From contig NMRA01000376.1 in NCBI GenBank assembly GCA_002633005.1, positions 344,365-408,364 on the forward strand: a DNA stretch of 64,000 nt. Reading direction: 5' to 3'. The notes below the pieces were generated by a model. It was not told where the DNA came from. It saw nothing but the letters and a program-made list of their open reading frames with translations, and did not search any database. Positions 38,841 to 53,733 of the stretch are shown here, in pieces (position 1 is the stretch's first letter; each line of letters begins with the position of its first letter). The position numbers and the translations under genes were made by a program. Source of the DNA: Phoronis australis. Its lineage: Eukaryota > Animalia > Phoronida.

Positions 38841-41537
38841 CGGTCAGCAAAAGAGTCATCCACAGAGTCAACACTAATTTACTGAAACATGCCTATCAGA
38901 TCCAAAATTTGTAATTTTTGAGGGAATCAAACAAAATTTCAAGGAAGTAAATTGAGATGCTTGTCACCAACAATAAAAAACAACCAAAAATAAAATGGAC
39001 GCAGATTCCCTGGATCTGAAGCCTAACAAAAATATGTACAGTAAAATCTCACCAATTTAAGACACAATATTGACAGCAAGTGAAATTCTATTTTTTATTT
39101 CTTCATAAATGTTCAGTAACACCAATTAAATGCTATACCAATTTGAAAGGTCTATACCACAGCTATAATCTTACAATGATTCTGCTACATATGGTCTCTC
39201 ACAACAATGTTGGAAGCCTCTGCCGATTATTTTAGTCTGAAATAGGTGAGATTTTACCGTAACCGAAAGCGATTTTTTTGGTGCGTCTGTGTGCATGCAT
39301 GAGTTATTTCCTTCCTTCTAACTTTGAAAGTAGGCGTATTTTGCTATTCTATATGTGTGTTATAAAATAAAGACCAAATAAACAAAACAAAGCAGGGGGA
39401 TTGCATTAATCATAGTCGGTGAAATACATAGATAAAGTGAACATACAAAACATGAAAGTACAGGCTTGTCCTATGTAATTACAGAAAGTTCTAAGAATCA
39501 GGAAAAAATTATTTTAATTGGGGAAAAGTAAAGTTAAAAAGTTGCTTCCCAACTTAAAAAGACAACCTTCAATAATTCTAATCTATCTACAACATTAATA
39601 TCTAAAAAAAATTCAATAACGCAGTGAACTACACGACACAAAAAACACAGAGAGACAATAGATCCGTGACTTTTGCCAAAAGCTAACTTTTGATTTAAGA
39701 TGTATTTGCATGTTCCTAACTATGCTAATGTATAACAGGAACTAGACGTCAATGCTATTTGAACATTATCTACACTAAACAAAGTGCAATGTTGTTTTCA
39801 TAAACTATTTGTAAATGTAAAAACAAAAAATTCTGCTAATAAGTGACCTTTGCAGGCTCACATAGCCCGCATCATACAGTGTTATTCCCCAGCACCATGT
39901 GACTATACTTACTGGATACGGCTCAGTAATTTGGATCATTTTGGCAACAAAACTAGTTCTTAAAAACATATAGCAATTTTCAAACTACGTCATATTCACA
40001 TCGTTGCTATGTGTTGTGTTTCTGGCCAAGCAATCACAGAGATAAGGAATTAGCGTGCAAGTTCTACTTTAAGGCCACTTTCTGTTAGCAAATCGAGTCT
40101 CATCATGTTCCTTGTTCTAGATATAGAAGAACTGATAGGCTGTTGTTTGCCTCTGACCAGGTTCACTATAAGTTGATTGTAAACATGAGTTACTTTCTGT
40201 CCTCAAGACATGAGGTGGGTCAGGGAATTCCATTGCCTGTAACCAATTTTCAATCCACACAAAGGATAAGAACGCGCGTGCAACGACACTGATTTGAAGT
40301 GCCTCAAAACGCCTATGAAGATCGAGTTTTAACACCAGAACATTGTTATACAGGCATAAGTCAGTTTCAAGTTGACTTATCTATTAAGGATAAATAAAGT
40401 GAAATGGTCTTACAGCTGTAGCAGAGTGAAATATGGTGTGAAATACCAGAGCCTGCTGATGAAGTTAGCCATGAATTATGCATTGTGTGTCAGTCCATCT
40501 TATGGAGGACCTTTTGTGTGTGTCATTCTGATTGATGGATTTGGGAGACCGGCAAAGTTCATAGTCATGCAAAAGGCTTGATCACATACAGAAGGTCCAT
40601 AACAAAACTGTCTTACATCAAATGAGGCTGAGTTTGTTGCATATCACTAAATGAAATGTCTTCGTGAAGATGAAGGTTCATACATTTAGGTAGTCAATAA
40701 AACTAATGACATTTTAGATACCGTCAGTAAATTTCTTGAAGTCTGCAGATGTGACATACAGTAAAAATTCTTCAGTTTCGGACAGTGAAAAAAATAATAC
40801 TTTGGTCAAGATTGGATCTTGTACCACCAGGGGGCGTGCTTTAGGAAACAACAAATTAATTTTATTTCAAGTAACTTCAATGAAAAAATTAGCTTTCGCG
40901 CAAACACTTTTCACAGGAAGAAAATGAAAGGCAAAGACCCCACCAGATCAGCTCAAAACAGACAATGAAAAGTCATAATGGACTTTAAACTTAGATCAAT
41001 GACTGAAAGCTGTCAATGAAAAATTCTATACACAACTTCAATATAATAGGACATATGGACCTAATGACTGGTGGCATGAGTTCTCACTCTCATTCCAGGC
41101 TAAAATTTCTTTCTTCTCTTTGATCGGAGGTATAATTAGTAGAATTAAAAAGCCTATGGCAATTACAAACAATAAGCTATAGAAAGTCAGACGAAGTAGC
41201 ATGGGGGGTTGGTCTTGAAATGAAAGTTAAGATGGGTTGGTATCATTTTCACCATCCATGCTATGCCATTCCTGGTATTTCCCTCATATTTCCTTATTTC
41301 TTATTTAGCACATAGTACGGCGGACTGATGAAATTTTACTTGGACAATTTTTTCCACAAAAACAAAGATTAAGAGAAAATTCTAGTATATTACCAGCTAG
41401 GTTTGCACTGAGTAGAGGTCATAAACAACATAAAGCTCCCATTACCCTATTTGCAGCAAGGTAACCAGTCTTTGAAACATGGAAAATGACAATTTTGGCA
41501 ATTATTTCTGTGTGTGAAATAAGTGGATTATCGCACC

Positions 41538-42890
41538 AACAAGAACAACGAAGCAGTTGGCGACACAAGAAAATGCCCGAGTTTACTGGGGTTGGCCAAC
41601 CATACAAAAACAATGTGGAGCACCCACTGTGCTTCTATGGGTGTTTATAGTATCACAAAAATGGCCATTAGATGGCGCAGAATGCATCAAACCAGTCTGA
41701 ATTGAGAAGGTAGCACCGTCTCAGTAATACACAACTATTTGCCAATTTGCATGAAAATAACCCAAGGAACTCCTAAGATATAGAGGCAAAGATAAAAAAC
41801 AATTGACACTAGGGGGCCACCTACAGTGGTCTGAAACTCATCGTCATGTGTTGCCATCTCTATAGGAGTCCACCTGCCAAATTTCGTAAAGATCCTTCAA
41901 AGGGTTAAGGAGATACAGCCATACACGCAAAAACAGCAAAATTGCCCCTGGGGAGAGGGCAGAATAGTCGAAAACATCCAAAAACAAATGTCAGCCAGGG
42001 TCTCCGCATCAGGAACACAACCGTCAATTTTCATAACGGTCCTTAGAGTGGTTTGCCAGATAAAAACGCAGGTGTCAAAAACATGCGTAAAACTTTTTAA
42101 ATACCCTCCAAGTGGCAAAGAAAGCATCAAATCTGTTCAAAAATGGGAAGGCGTTATCATCTCCTTAATAGAAACCTATCTGCCGAATTTCATGAAAATA
42201 CATTAATGAATTCCGAAGATACAAAGGTAAGTGTACAAGAACATTTTGCCACAAGGGGGCACAGTGGTATTTGGATCAGTTTGACACTTGTCACAGTTTG
42301 TCCTTGGTTCCATAGGAACACATCTTTCAAATTTCACATTCACAAAGCTCCTTCAAATGGTTATGGAGATTCAGCTGCAGACACAAAAAACAAAATCGCC
42401 AATAGAGGGCAAAAAAATAGTAGGACCTGTCTATAAGTCAACATCAGTCGTGGCCTTCTCATCAGGAACATATCTTTAAATGTTCACAATGATCCTTTGA
42501 GCCGTATGGCAGATAGAGAAGCAGACGCCAGAAAACGTACATAAAAATAACAAAAACTTGACAAAAGGTGACATAAAAACCACCGAAACCATCCAAAAAT
42601 ACAATGGCATCACCGCCTCCTTATTAAAAACCTATTCTCAAATTTCATGAAAATCCATCACGGAAATCCAAAGATACAGAGGCAAACAAAAAAATAAAAT
42701 TTCCACTAAGGGGCACAGTGGTAATTGGATCGATCCGAAACTCGTCATCATCTGCCGTCAGCCGCTTAAGAACACACCTGCCAAATTTCAATACTATCCT
42801 GCAAGGGGTTTAGGAGACACAGCAGTGGACGCTGGACCCCACAGGTGAAGACAATATGCACCCATACATAAATACGGGGGCGAATAAAAA
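41538..42890 (-). mobile_element. DINE-1/HINE-like non-autonomous element with internal tandem array
   Basis: AACAAG at the left end. Diverged GCCACTAGGGGGCAC...AAATTTCATGAA..TCC...GATACAG subunits. Terminal hairpin ATGCACCCA...GGGGCGAATAAAA at the right end. Confidence 0.6.
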
Positions 42891-43182
42891 TGAAGAATTT
42901 GAAAATGGCACATGTACACATTGTTTGNAATTTCATGAAAATCCATCACGGAAATCCAAAGATACAGAGGCAAACAAAAAAATAAAATTTCCACTAAAGG
43001 GGCACAGTGGTAATTGGATCGATCCGAAACTCGTCATCATCTGCCGTCAGCCGCTTAAGAACACACCTGCAATACTATCCTGCAAGGGGTTTAGGAGATA
43101 CAGCAGTGGACGCTGGACCCCACAGGTGAAGACAATATGCACCCATACATAAATACGGGGGCGAATAAAAATGAAGAATTTG

Positions 43183-43300
43183 AAAATGGCACATGTACAC
43201 ATTGTTTGTGACTTGAGTTGGTAAGGGGAATGGAATCTTCTCACCGTAACAAGAGTAACACCTTTAATTAGATTTTCATTTTTAGCCAGCTAAAGGGTGA
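43183..43300 (+). repeat. Interspersed repeat family, copy 3
   Basis: Same GAAAATGGCACATGTACACATTG..TGTGACTTGAG head. Confidence 0.65.
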
Positions 43301-43368
43301 AAAACTCTACTTTAAAATGCCATAACCTAACACACAATTTGATGTTTATTTTCCCCAGGTAGACTCAC

Positions 43369-43464
43369 CGATCGTGCATTAATATCGACTCCTTGGGTAC
43401 GATAGCCACAGATGAGTTTGACCACTTCAGGCTTTCCGTGCTTACAAGCCCAGTGTAGGGCAGT
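43369..43464 (-). CDS. Sowah: Sowah ankyrin repeat exon (TALHWACKHGKPEVVKLICGYRTQGVDINARS)
   Basis: CATTTCAG acceptor, TCG|GTGAGT donor, 96 nt, phase 0-0. Ankyrin consensus with the Sowah-type TALHWAxKHG. Confidence 0.95.
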
Positions 43465-44190
43465 CTGAAATGGACGAATAACAGTTGCCAATGGGGGGGG
43501 GCTAGGACAGCCCAAAACAAAGTTGAAGGACAATTGTATATTGAAAAATCAAGCACACAGAGATTAGACTGAGACCACATAATTTTTAGCGATACGTACA
43601 CAAGCAAATTAGCAATCACGGTCAACACATATTCAAACACAACCATGCTTTAAATGATAACTTTGCATTTCTACATGACAAATGAGATCAGAGGGTCATT
43701 TTAAGTCACTTTCTAATGAACTTTTCACAACTTTAATAACATGCAAGAGCAGTTTTCACAATTTGCCCATCAAGTTGAAAAATCAAATAACGTTGAATAT
43801 TAATCAATTATGAATTAAGGCAAGACAATAGAAATTAAAAAGCAGACAAAACTAAGAGTCAGACTAAAACACCCGCCAGCGTAGTACAAAGATGAAAGTA
43901 GATAAAACAAATTGTGCACGTGTAAATCACCAGACGTCTGTGATGGGTAATTTGCATAAAAATAAATATAGTTATATAAATCACCTATTCCGTGATACGT
44001 TTTCAGCAAAGTACCAAGGCCAATGTGGCATTGACTTGTAAAACATGATTCATCCACTCAATGCTATACAACTTTCATGAGTCTGATCCCCACAGATTTC
44101 GCTTTAGAGTTAAAAAAACATTTTTCATTTTCCTTTGTTCACCTTGACACGTGTATCAATAATAAAAAAAATATAATAACAATGATTTTA

Positions 44191-45050
44191 AACAAGAGCA
44201 ACCCAGAGCGTTAAAATGCATCGCTAACGGTGTGCTTCTGGGGGTGTATATTTGTATCATGACAATGGCCACTAGATGGTGCAAAATACATCGAATCCAC
44301 CCGAAACGGGAAAATGCCATCACTTCTTTAATAGAAAGCTATTAACAAAATTTCATAAAAATATGTCAAAAACTTCAGAGAAGCAAAGGAAAACAGAAAA
44401 AAAAAGAAATTGCCACTAGGGGGCACAGCATTCGCTAGATTTGTCTGAACGTCATCCTTGTCCATTGTCAACTCCATATAAATATACTTGCTAAATTTAA
44501 TAAAGATCCTGCAGCAGGTTTAGGAGATACAACTATGAACGCAGAAAAAAACTGCCACTAGGAGGTGCCATAGCAATCAACATCATTGGAAAATGATCGT
44601 CAACCATCCTCTTCATACTAAAAACATGTATGCCAATTTTCGTTATCATCCTTGGAATGGTTTGGTTGATAGAGGGGCGGACTCGAAAACAGCAAAAATG
44701 GCCATTAAGTTGTGCAAAATACCTTGATTACATCCGAAAACGATAGGATAGTGTCCTATTACCAATAGATGTCTGTATTCCAAATTTTATGAAAATTCGT
44801 TGAAAACCTTTGAAGATATAGAGGCAAACATAAAAAATAAAATTGCCACAAGGGGGCACATCGGTATTCGAGTCGATCCGAAACTCGTCGCCCTCTGTCG
44901 TCAACCCCATAGAAACACACCTGCCAAATTTCATTAAGATCCTGCAAGGGCTTTAGGAGATACAGCCACGGATGCCGGACACCAGATGTCCGGACGCCCA
45001 GACAGAGATGACGGCCCTATGCGACCACATATAAATATATGGGCGCATAA
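44191..45050 (-). mobile_element. DINE-1/HINE-like non-autonomous element
   Basis: AACAAGAGCAAC start, the same internal subunits, a GGAC/AGAC microsatellite-like patch, and the terminal inverted pair ATGCGACCAC...TGGGCGCATAA. Confidence 0.68.
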
Positions 45051-47101
45051 ACATTAATAATAGTAGTAATAAGAATAACTGAAAGATTGTGAGTTTAATC
45101 AAATTTAATTTTCAATTCTTTCAAGTAAACTCTAATTCTAAAATGTAACAGTACTTTACAGATGGTTTTTGTTCAATTCAAAAACACTACTTCGGATGTT
45201 GACAGAAAAACCAAAAAATTGACACTCAAATAAAAAGCACTGAAACATCAACTAGTTTTTCCTTTTTTGTTGATAATAGCTTTTCAATGCCCCACGCATG
45301 AGATAACTGGTGTGTAAACTGTGAAGTCAGCCCAGTGTTGGCGTGTTCGTTTAAACTAATTTACATTTTGGATAACAGAGATAAAGTATCATCCCTGTAT
45401 TTTGATAAATTATCTCAAAAAGTGCAATTGATGTTTTAACAATCACAAGCAAATATTTCAAAACAAATACTTTGCGTCTGTGTGTACAAATTGGAGGCAA
45501 GAAACCTCAGTCACTCAGTTTACGCACACAGCATTATGAAGAACATTACGCCTAGAACTACTAACTATACAAAGTTTTAAACACTCAGATACGCAGCGTT
45601 ATCAACTAAAATATAAGGATAAAATGGATAAAATGACGAATATAGACGGAACATATATATTAAGAAATTTAACAACTATATGTTTCAAGCAATGCCACAA
45701 TCCAGAGAAGACAGGCTAATGCAACTGTAAATATAGTGAAGGTAAAATGAGAAGAAAAAAGAAATTTAGAGGACAAAAGACATTCAAATGAGACATCCTT
45801 CCAATAGTCACAAAGAAAGACACATGTGACCTTAATTAACCAAGGCCAAAAAAGTATTGTAGGTTCTGGTCTTTTTATGTTCAAAATTGAGTCCATGGTG
45901 CGAAAGTCTTTTAGTTGCTCACTTTTAAAACAGAAAATCCAACCAAGACAAGTGAAAATGGTCAGCAAATCACAAATAATGTTTCAAACCACGCTTACCC
46001 ACCTTTGTACAGCCTTTCAAAATAATGCACCCACGCATAAATATGTGGGTGCATAAAAAACACAATACCTTGGCTGAAATCGATGCAGGTGGGTGTTTTT
46101 TTTTAGTCTGTGAGCGCAAGTCTCAAAATCAGTCAGGGGTAAAAATCAGAATCAGCTTTTCTTTTTTGGCCCAATGGATAAACCAATCATAGATTATACC
46201 AATATGGAATAAGAAGGGTAGAGACAGGCAGATAAGGCAGGTGGATTCGTCGTTTTAGTAATTTCATTCTCATGCAGTAGTTTTCATAATGAACTAGACA
46301 GACTTCAACAGAACTCTGCCAGACTTAGCCAAACTTGGATAAACATCATACCAGAACTACTTGGCAATTTTGTCAAATTTTTGTCATGGTAAAATACAGT
46401 TTTTGTCAAACTTTTACAGGAGTTTAACATGACGTTATTACGCCAAGCCATTATTCGGTTATTTATGCACTTGGAATTTCAACAGTGTGGATGTAGCAGC
46501 ACTTGTCAAGATTTTGTCGAGATTGAAACGGATTCCAGATAATTAGCCGTGCTTTTCTGTACCGAAACTTTGTCAAACTTCTGTATTGTCGAGTTGTTTA
46601 GAAAACTATTTCTTTACTGAATGCACAGTTCTCACTAATTTTTGTTTTCTATTCAAAAGCTATGGATACAAACACAGGGAAGGCCTGTCCATTACTGCTG
46701 AGAGTAAGTAGTTCCCACACTCAGGACGACTTTTGAATGGGAGTGAATCCACCCAAGAAAAATGTGAAAGAAACAGGGAAACAGTGAACGCTACAACAAG
46801 AGCCAAATGCCATTTTGTGTGAACTAAAACACTTAATGTTTCATTTCCTCTAATCCTTGCTAAAATTTTTGGAATCTCCTGAGTGGCAATGGAAATAAGG
46901 TCGAATTACGGTAACTAAAAATTTTTAAGACCAATTTGTGATTGGCTGAGCTTTGATTTTGTATTTTCAGAAAGAGAAATGGAAGAAAATGTGGCATTAA
47001 TTAGAAATGCCCTATTTTTTTCAAAACATTATATGTGGTCATACCACCATCATTACAAAATATAAATAAAAGCAAAAGTAAAAAGAAAAGTTTGTACTCA
47101 C

Positions 47102-47104
47102 CAT
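47102..47104 (-). CDS. Sowah: Sowah 3-nt microexon ATG (Met)
   Basis: gttaccag|ATG|gtgagt. Fills the x position of G-x-TALH. Two TTTCATGT copies lie upstream. Confidence 0.72.
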
Positions 47105-47528
47105 CTGGTAACGCGAACATGAAATAAAGAGAGAACATGAAATTAAAATATGTAAAAACTGCCAAAACAAACAACACAAAAGCACAAAGACAACTGTAAA
47201 CTGAAATGATAGTTACCCAAGACAGGAAATACATGATAAAAAGATGCTCAAGAAAACGTTGCAAGCTTGAGTACACTCCATAGATGCAAAAACTCGCAAA
47301 AAGCCAAGGTCAAGATCATGGTAGTCTTTTGTGAGGTATTGCCATGGGTTTCCATAGTTTCTTATTGTCCCGCTTTTTGAAGCTGCCTCTTGCGTCCCGC
47401 CACAGCATTAGAATAACCCACTTTTTGACATATCCAATGGTATTTACGCACTTATCCTGTAGTGTGCATTTCCGTGTTTTTGTACACTTTTTAACCCATT
47501 CATTTGTTACATTTCGCAGCCATCCAAT

Positions 47529-48308
47529 AACAAGAGCAACACGGAGCGTTGAAATGCGCCATGAATGCATCACGAATGGTGTGCTTATAGGGTTATTTAT
47601 TTGAATCATAAAAATGGCCACTAGATGGCACAGAAACATACAATCCATCCAAGAACGGGAACATGCCATACATCATGAAATCTGTCAGAAAAAAGGAAAA
47701 CAGAAACAAATGAAATTGCCACTTGTGGGCACAGCGTCCATTGGATTCGCCTGAAAGTCGTCGTTGTCTGTTATCTTCATATAAATAGAATTACTAAATT
47801 TAATAAAGATCCTACAGTGCGTTTCGGAGATACAGCCATGGAGGCGCCACAGTGGTCAGTCGCCATCATCTAACGTCCTCTTCACACTGAGAACATATTC
47901 GCCAATTTTCAAAACCATCCCTAAAATGACTTGGATGATAGATGGGTGGTCGCCAAAAACAAGATTTGAAAACAGCAAAAATGGTGCAAACGAGGTTGAA
48001 TCCATCCAAAAACAGGAGGATAGCATCATCTCATCAATAGGTGCCTATATACCAAATTTTATGAAAATCCGTTGAGGACTTTTGAAGATACAGAGGTAAG
48101 CGTAAAAACTAAAATTGCCACTAGGGGGCACACCGGTAGTTGGATCCATCCAAAAGTTCGCTCATGCTGTCCCATCCACGGAAGGAATATATGTGTTAAA
48201 TTTCATGAATATATGTCAAGGCGTTTTGGAGATAGAGCAGCGGACGCCGGACGGACAGACGGAGATGACGGCATAATGCGTTCACGTATAAATATGTGGA
48301 CGCATAAA
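47529..48308 (-). mobile_element. DINE-1/HINE-like non-autonomous element
   Basis: Colinear with 44191-45050. Contains the GGACGGACAGACGG microsatellite and ends ATAAATATGTGGACGCATAAAA. Confidence 0.68.
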
Positions 48309-51300
48309 AAACAACGCGGTCACCATGATGTCTCTGAATGTTGTGGCGGACATTTCCCCATATGGTACCCTGCATCCAGATATCCTGCTTTTTCATTTTG
48401 GAATGTTCACAGCTACGCATCACAAGCACGTGATCACGCTAGCTTTCCTTGCAAGTGTCTAGCATCTACGGCACCCAGCCTTGAACATAGCATTAGTTGA
48501 AAACATTATTCAGCAACCTTTCAATTAGAAAAATACATAGATTTGCACACAAAACACAACAAAAACTATAAATTGCAATGGTAACTACTGAAATACTGGG
48601 GAAAAGAAAAAAATTAAAAATAAACTGCAATCGTAATGTATTTAAAAACGTTGCTCAGGAACATTTCAACCAGAAAAGTACATCGTATACTTGCATGGAA
48701 TAGGAAAAGGCGGCGAATAAATCTAAAATTAATTTCCATTTTATCCACCAGTTACTATATCATTTGATCATGCAAATCTAATTAGATGAACAAATGTACC
48801 ACTTTTCATGCTGCCAATCACTCACAATTTCAAATCTGATCAGATTTTATCTTGTCAATGTGTGAATTGCGCGTTATCAAGATCTAGGTTCTGCTCACAA
48901 CACTTACCAGCGTCGTTTTTTGATAATTAATTTCCGATTTCAACACAAGGAAAAGATCTCAACATAATCTGTCGTGTAATCAACTTGTCATTTGAAACTC
49001 GTCAAGGATATGAAAAAATAAAACGTAATTAAGCCCGCCCTTCAATAAATACATAACAGCTGGCTTAAGAATACTTGAAGAAAAAAAAAACACCGGCAGA
49101 CAAAACCTGTGACAATTCAACTTGAAGTATCAGTGTCTAAAAAGAATTTTATGTATTTTAGACATAATGAATTTAGAACATGAATGAGTCAATAACTTGA
49201 GCTCATCAGACTTTTATTGCGTAATGCTTCTGACAAAAATGTTTTACTCGCAAAAATGCAGACAAAAACAATCCGTGTGAGCTCAAACATTCATTTTTGT
49301 GGAAAAACAAACTAAGTTGTTTCGCACAAAACTCGACTTAAAATATCCGTTTTATTCAACAAATCACGAAAAGTTGGCTTTCCACAGAAGTCTACTTTCA
49401 TTTCTAATTGACACTTGTCTAAAAAACAAAAAATGAAAATTTGCTACTCAAATAATTTGAAACACAAACATAAAAATGAGAAATAAACAATAAACAATTT
49501 TGCTCGATCCTAATGCTAAAACAGATATTGAATTTCAAAAAAGATACAAAAGCAATTAAAACCGAAACAGAGAATTTGAAAGGTTTTTAAATATATCCAA
49601 TTTCGAGACACCTGCACCTTGGTTTTTATCCGATAATCACTTTATGTCAATAGTCTGATCCAATTGTACTAATTAAAATCCTATGTCTACTTGAGTTGAC
49701 TAGTCACGGAATGGAGCAATGTAAACATAAGATACTTGTCTGAGTGAACGCTCCTTACACGCTAATGGTCTTTGATGTTGAGCGGGAACATTAGAAATAA
49801 GACAAATAGTATACCCTACGCGCGCGGCTTGTGATTTCTAACTTAAGAAATGAAGACAACTATAAACTATTAGATGATCCGTTATGATTATCTTTTTATG
49901 ACAATCTGGCAAAAACGGGAAAATGTTCAAACAGTAAACCTCTCACCATTTTAGGGTACAATGTAGCAGACAAGTGAAACTTAATTTTTTCATAAAAAGA
50001 TACGTAGCACCATATTAATGCATTTCCATGTTCAAGTTTTGTACCACTATAACATAGAACCTTGAACAAACCAATTAAAAAAGTATTTTAGCAAATATTT
50101 CTATTCACAACTCAAGAGATTTTACCATAACATTTTTAACATAATCAAATTTTGTTGCATGACTATGTATGGCAAGGCTTCACACAAAAATAATTGACCA
50201 AAATGGTCATTTTTCATTTTTCAAACAACTTATCACATTGTAATGCCCAAAGCATTTACCAAATGTGTTAAGGTAGAAACATTGCTAGCAATGAAGTAAA
50301 CTTTTCACCTTAAAGTTATTTATTTCTGTTGAGAAATTTCATGAACTAATATTTTATTTTTTTGAAAAAGTGGATTCTAAATTAAGAACATTTTAAGCAG
50401 AGAACAGCTATCAACTTAAAGAATTTTTAACGTGATTATGTAAGAAGTATCAAAACAGTGAAGGTAATTAAGTTTTTTTTGTAAAACTAAGAATGAGTTC
50501 TTCAGGAGTGTTATTGCCTAGGTAACAATTCAGAGACACAGACTAAATGTAATGGGAAAAAGATTATTTCACATGAGGGAAGTTCCATGTCAGTAGTAGC
50601 ATGTGGTAAAACTTTTCTCTATTCAGAACACCACTTCCCATAAAAAAGAATTATACTAAGTCAGTTTTTTGAATAAAAATAAAAACTCAGAAAAAATTCT
50701 TGTATCGCATTGGGCAAATAGTACAATCGTCAGTATTAACAGCAATGTAAGATAATTAATTAAAACTAAAGCTGGACTTGCTATAACAGTAAGACAAACC
50801 CTAAAACTTAACACTCCTTAACTCATTCGTCCTTTTTCACCACTGGAAATCAAAAAGAAATTTCATAACGTGTAAGAAAATTTGTCACAACTTTGATAAA
50901 AATCATAAAAGATTTATAATCATCTGAGATAACAACTAATAAGAGCAAAACACTAATACAGTAGAAGGACAATAAGAAAAGGGGGATACACTGTATTTAT
51001 TCCTACAAGAAAATCTCATCAGTTTGGGACACGATACAGCGGTCAAGAAGTTCCGCATTTTTGGCCCTCCACTTACAAGCAAGCGTGTAGTCTTGCTTTA
51101 AACAATTATGCTTGCCAGGTTGACAGCCTGCAGAGCACGGCCAAAACAGTGCAGGGTCGGTGAGGGCATGACAAATCCTCTTCAGCCAATTAATGGGTTA
51201 TTAATAACACTGTGTAATCATAGGACCATCAACCCAGTCACTGAACGAAAACAGCAGAGCCACCTGGAGACAATTAACAAACTAATATGCACACAAGGTC

Positions 51301-53484
51301 AACCAGTGCTGTCTAGTATAAGTGAATCAAAGATTACACAATCACTACAAAAGATAGAAAGTGTAGCAAATATTGTACAACAAATTTATGGCAAACAAAA
51401 ACTGCCAAGATTGTCATTTTCCTAGATTTTTTTGTCTGACAACTTTACTACAAAACACAATGCAATTGTTACCAGGTGTTGTGTCGTGACCTCTGGGCAA
51501 AAGAATCTACGTTAATAATAAAGAAAAATGTCCGCTGAGAAGTTTGACAAAAGAACCCTTGACTGTGAGAGTGTGTAATACACAGGTGAGAAATTATCAC
51601 AAATTAGAAAATACATAATACATACAAGAGATTAAAAGCAATATCAATAGGTGAAAAGCTGCTAATAAATTATTCATATAGTTAACTATTTACATGATCG
51701 AAATTATGATGACTGTCACCCACTCTTTCCATAATATACGATTTTATACACTATTTCATTTTCATTATAACTCTCCAGTCTTTAACCAATTATGTTCATT
51801 CACCAAAATTCATAATGAAAAACATGTTAAAACGCAGAGACCTGCAATGACCAGATATGACATAACCAACGATTATGCGACACGCGACTTTGATTCTGCA
51901 ACACAAAAACTTGATGTAAACAGACCCACAACAGTTCCAAACAAAGCTAATTTCCAGTCAATTCGCCAATAAGAGAAATCTTCACGACCAATTACACAAC
52001 CATATTCCGCTAATTGAATTCGTCACATGGTGCGCTAAGTGTGTGCAGAGAGTGTCTTGAGTAATCTGTCCATATTACAATATTACCCTCAATAACTTAT
52101 GGCACAATAATTTATCCCATGTTTGTTTACTAGCATAGCCATTGTGAAGTTAGACCAACAGTGAGCACAGTTATGGTTGATCAGCAACCAGAGTGATGTT
52201 GTTAGTGTCAAGGGTTTAATGAAGATTTGTTACACACTGCATCTCTACTGGTCTCCACTATTGGAGTTTTGTAGAGCCAGCCAATTACCCTAATAATTTA
52301 CCTCAGTCATGGAAAGAGCATTAGTTTCTAAATCACATTTACCTCACAAGAAGTATCAAAAGTCTAAACAAAAGTACGCACAGATTAGGATAAGTCGGCA
52401 AGAATAATAAGTAACTGCAAAGTCACCTCATTGTCTTCTGTATTTAAATTCATACTTTTAACAGCATTTTCAGAACCAATTCAAAGAAAAATAATTGCAA
52501 ACTTGCCATTCCCATGTTTTAACATGTTGCTAAAAAGGTTTTAAAAGAATTTCACCATACACTGTTTGATGACAGCTTTATTATACAAAATCCTCTAAAC
52601 TGAAGTATTTGTTCTAAACAATGTAGCCATGTACATTCTTAATAGAAAAAGATTCAAAATACATGGATGTTTTTCTGTCCTCTTACTCCTAAAGGAATCT
52701 TTCTTCAATTTTACCCACATTCCAAGATCTGCAACACCCCTTGCCAACTTTCTCCATTTTATAAATTTGCCAACACTTGAAATCGTTCTGTTCAGTCTCT
52801 AAAAGTTGAACTTTGAATGTTTGATTAAAATTACAACTTGTTCCTAGATAATGGAAATTGCGGCTATAACCAAATACCAGCCGGCAGCATGCGATGACCA
52901 ATATTTAAACCATGGTGGATTTCGACAAATAACAACGAACATTCAATGAAAACGGTGATAATTTCTGTTCTAACATGGCATTGATTACACTATAGGGTTT
53001 AAAAGTGCTATACTCATCCAAGTTCGTTTTAATGCTCACCTGCGAAATTTTCAAATTTTCACTATTAAAATGCTCAATCCCCATCCCTGATGTCTGTGAT
53101 CAAGATTTTCTTGAAAGCGCTTGATTTTCTGATTGCCTGTCTCATGCAAATTTTNNNNNNNNNNNNNNNNNNNNNNNNNNNNNNNNNNNNNNNNNNNNNN
53201 NNNNNNNNNNNNNNNNNNNNNNNNNNNNNNNNNNNNNNNNNNNNNNNNNNNNNNNNNNNNNNNNNNNNNNNNNNGGGTAAACCCCCACTCCCTCAAGAAT
53301 TCCCCATGCTCGTCTTAACGCCCACCCACTGATTTTTGAGTTTCCCAAAATTTAAGCACACAGGATGTTAACCAGTGCAGGTACAGTGATACATTAAACC
53401 ATGTTTCAAGTATGCCTACATTTCACAGCTATATTCAGAGGAAATGCCACCACCATAAAGAAACTCCTCTGACAGTCTCATTTA

Positions 53485-53733
53485 CCGGGGGTACTGTACT
53501 CGACCGTTATACCAAAAGGGATGCACAGATTGAAAAAGACACCCTTTTGAAGAGAGCTTGAATGAAGAAGATGTTCCTTGAACTCCCATGTCATACTGGA
53601 TGGAACAAAATTGAAAAAGGTACCCTTCCAAATGGAATGGAACATAAAAGTCACTCTTTCATAGGGAATTTGGCCAGGAACAAACTAACTGATCAGCGTG
53701 CCCGTATACACTTTTTATGGGATTACTCCCCGG
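53485..53733. mobile_element. MITE-like element (CCGGGGGGTACT...TACTCCCCGG)
   Basis: Degenerate TIRs of the same type as the 15268 element. Confidence 0.45.

Noticed and set aside
39440-39460. TTTCATGT copy as a marker of another microexon
   Set aside because: The next AG is not followed by a donor. The same holds for the copy near 23978.
42641-43208. Near-identical tandem duplication of about 285 bp
   Set aside because: The copies are separated by a single N (42928) and differ by an 8-bp indel and about one substitution. This is most likely an unmerged haplotype or contig overlap.
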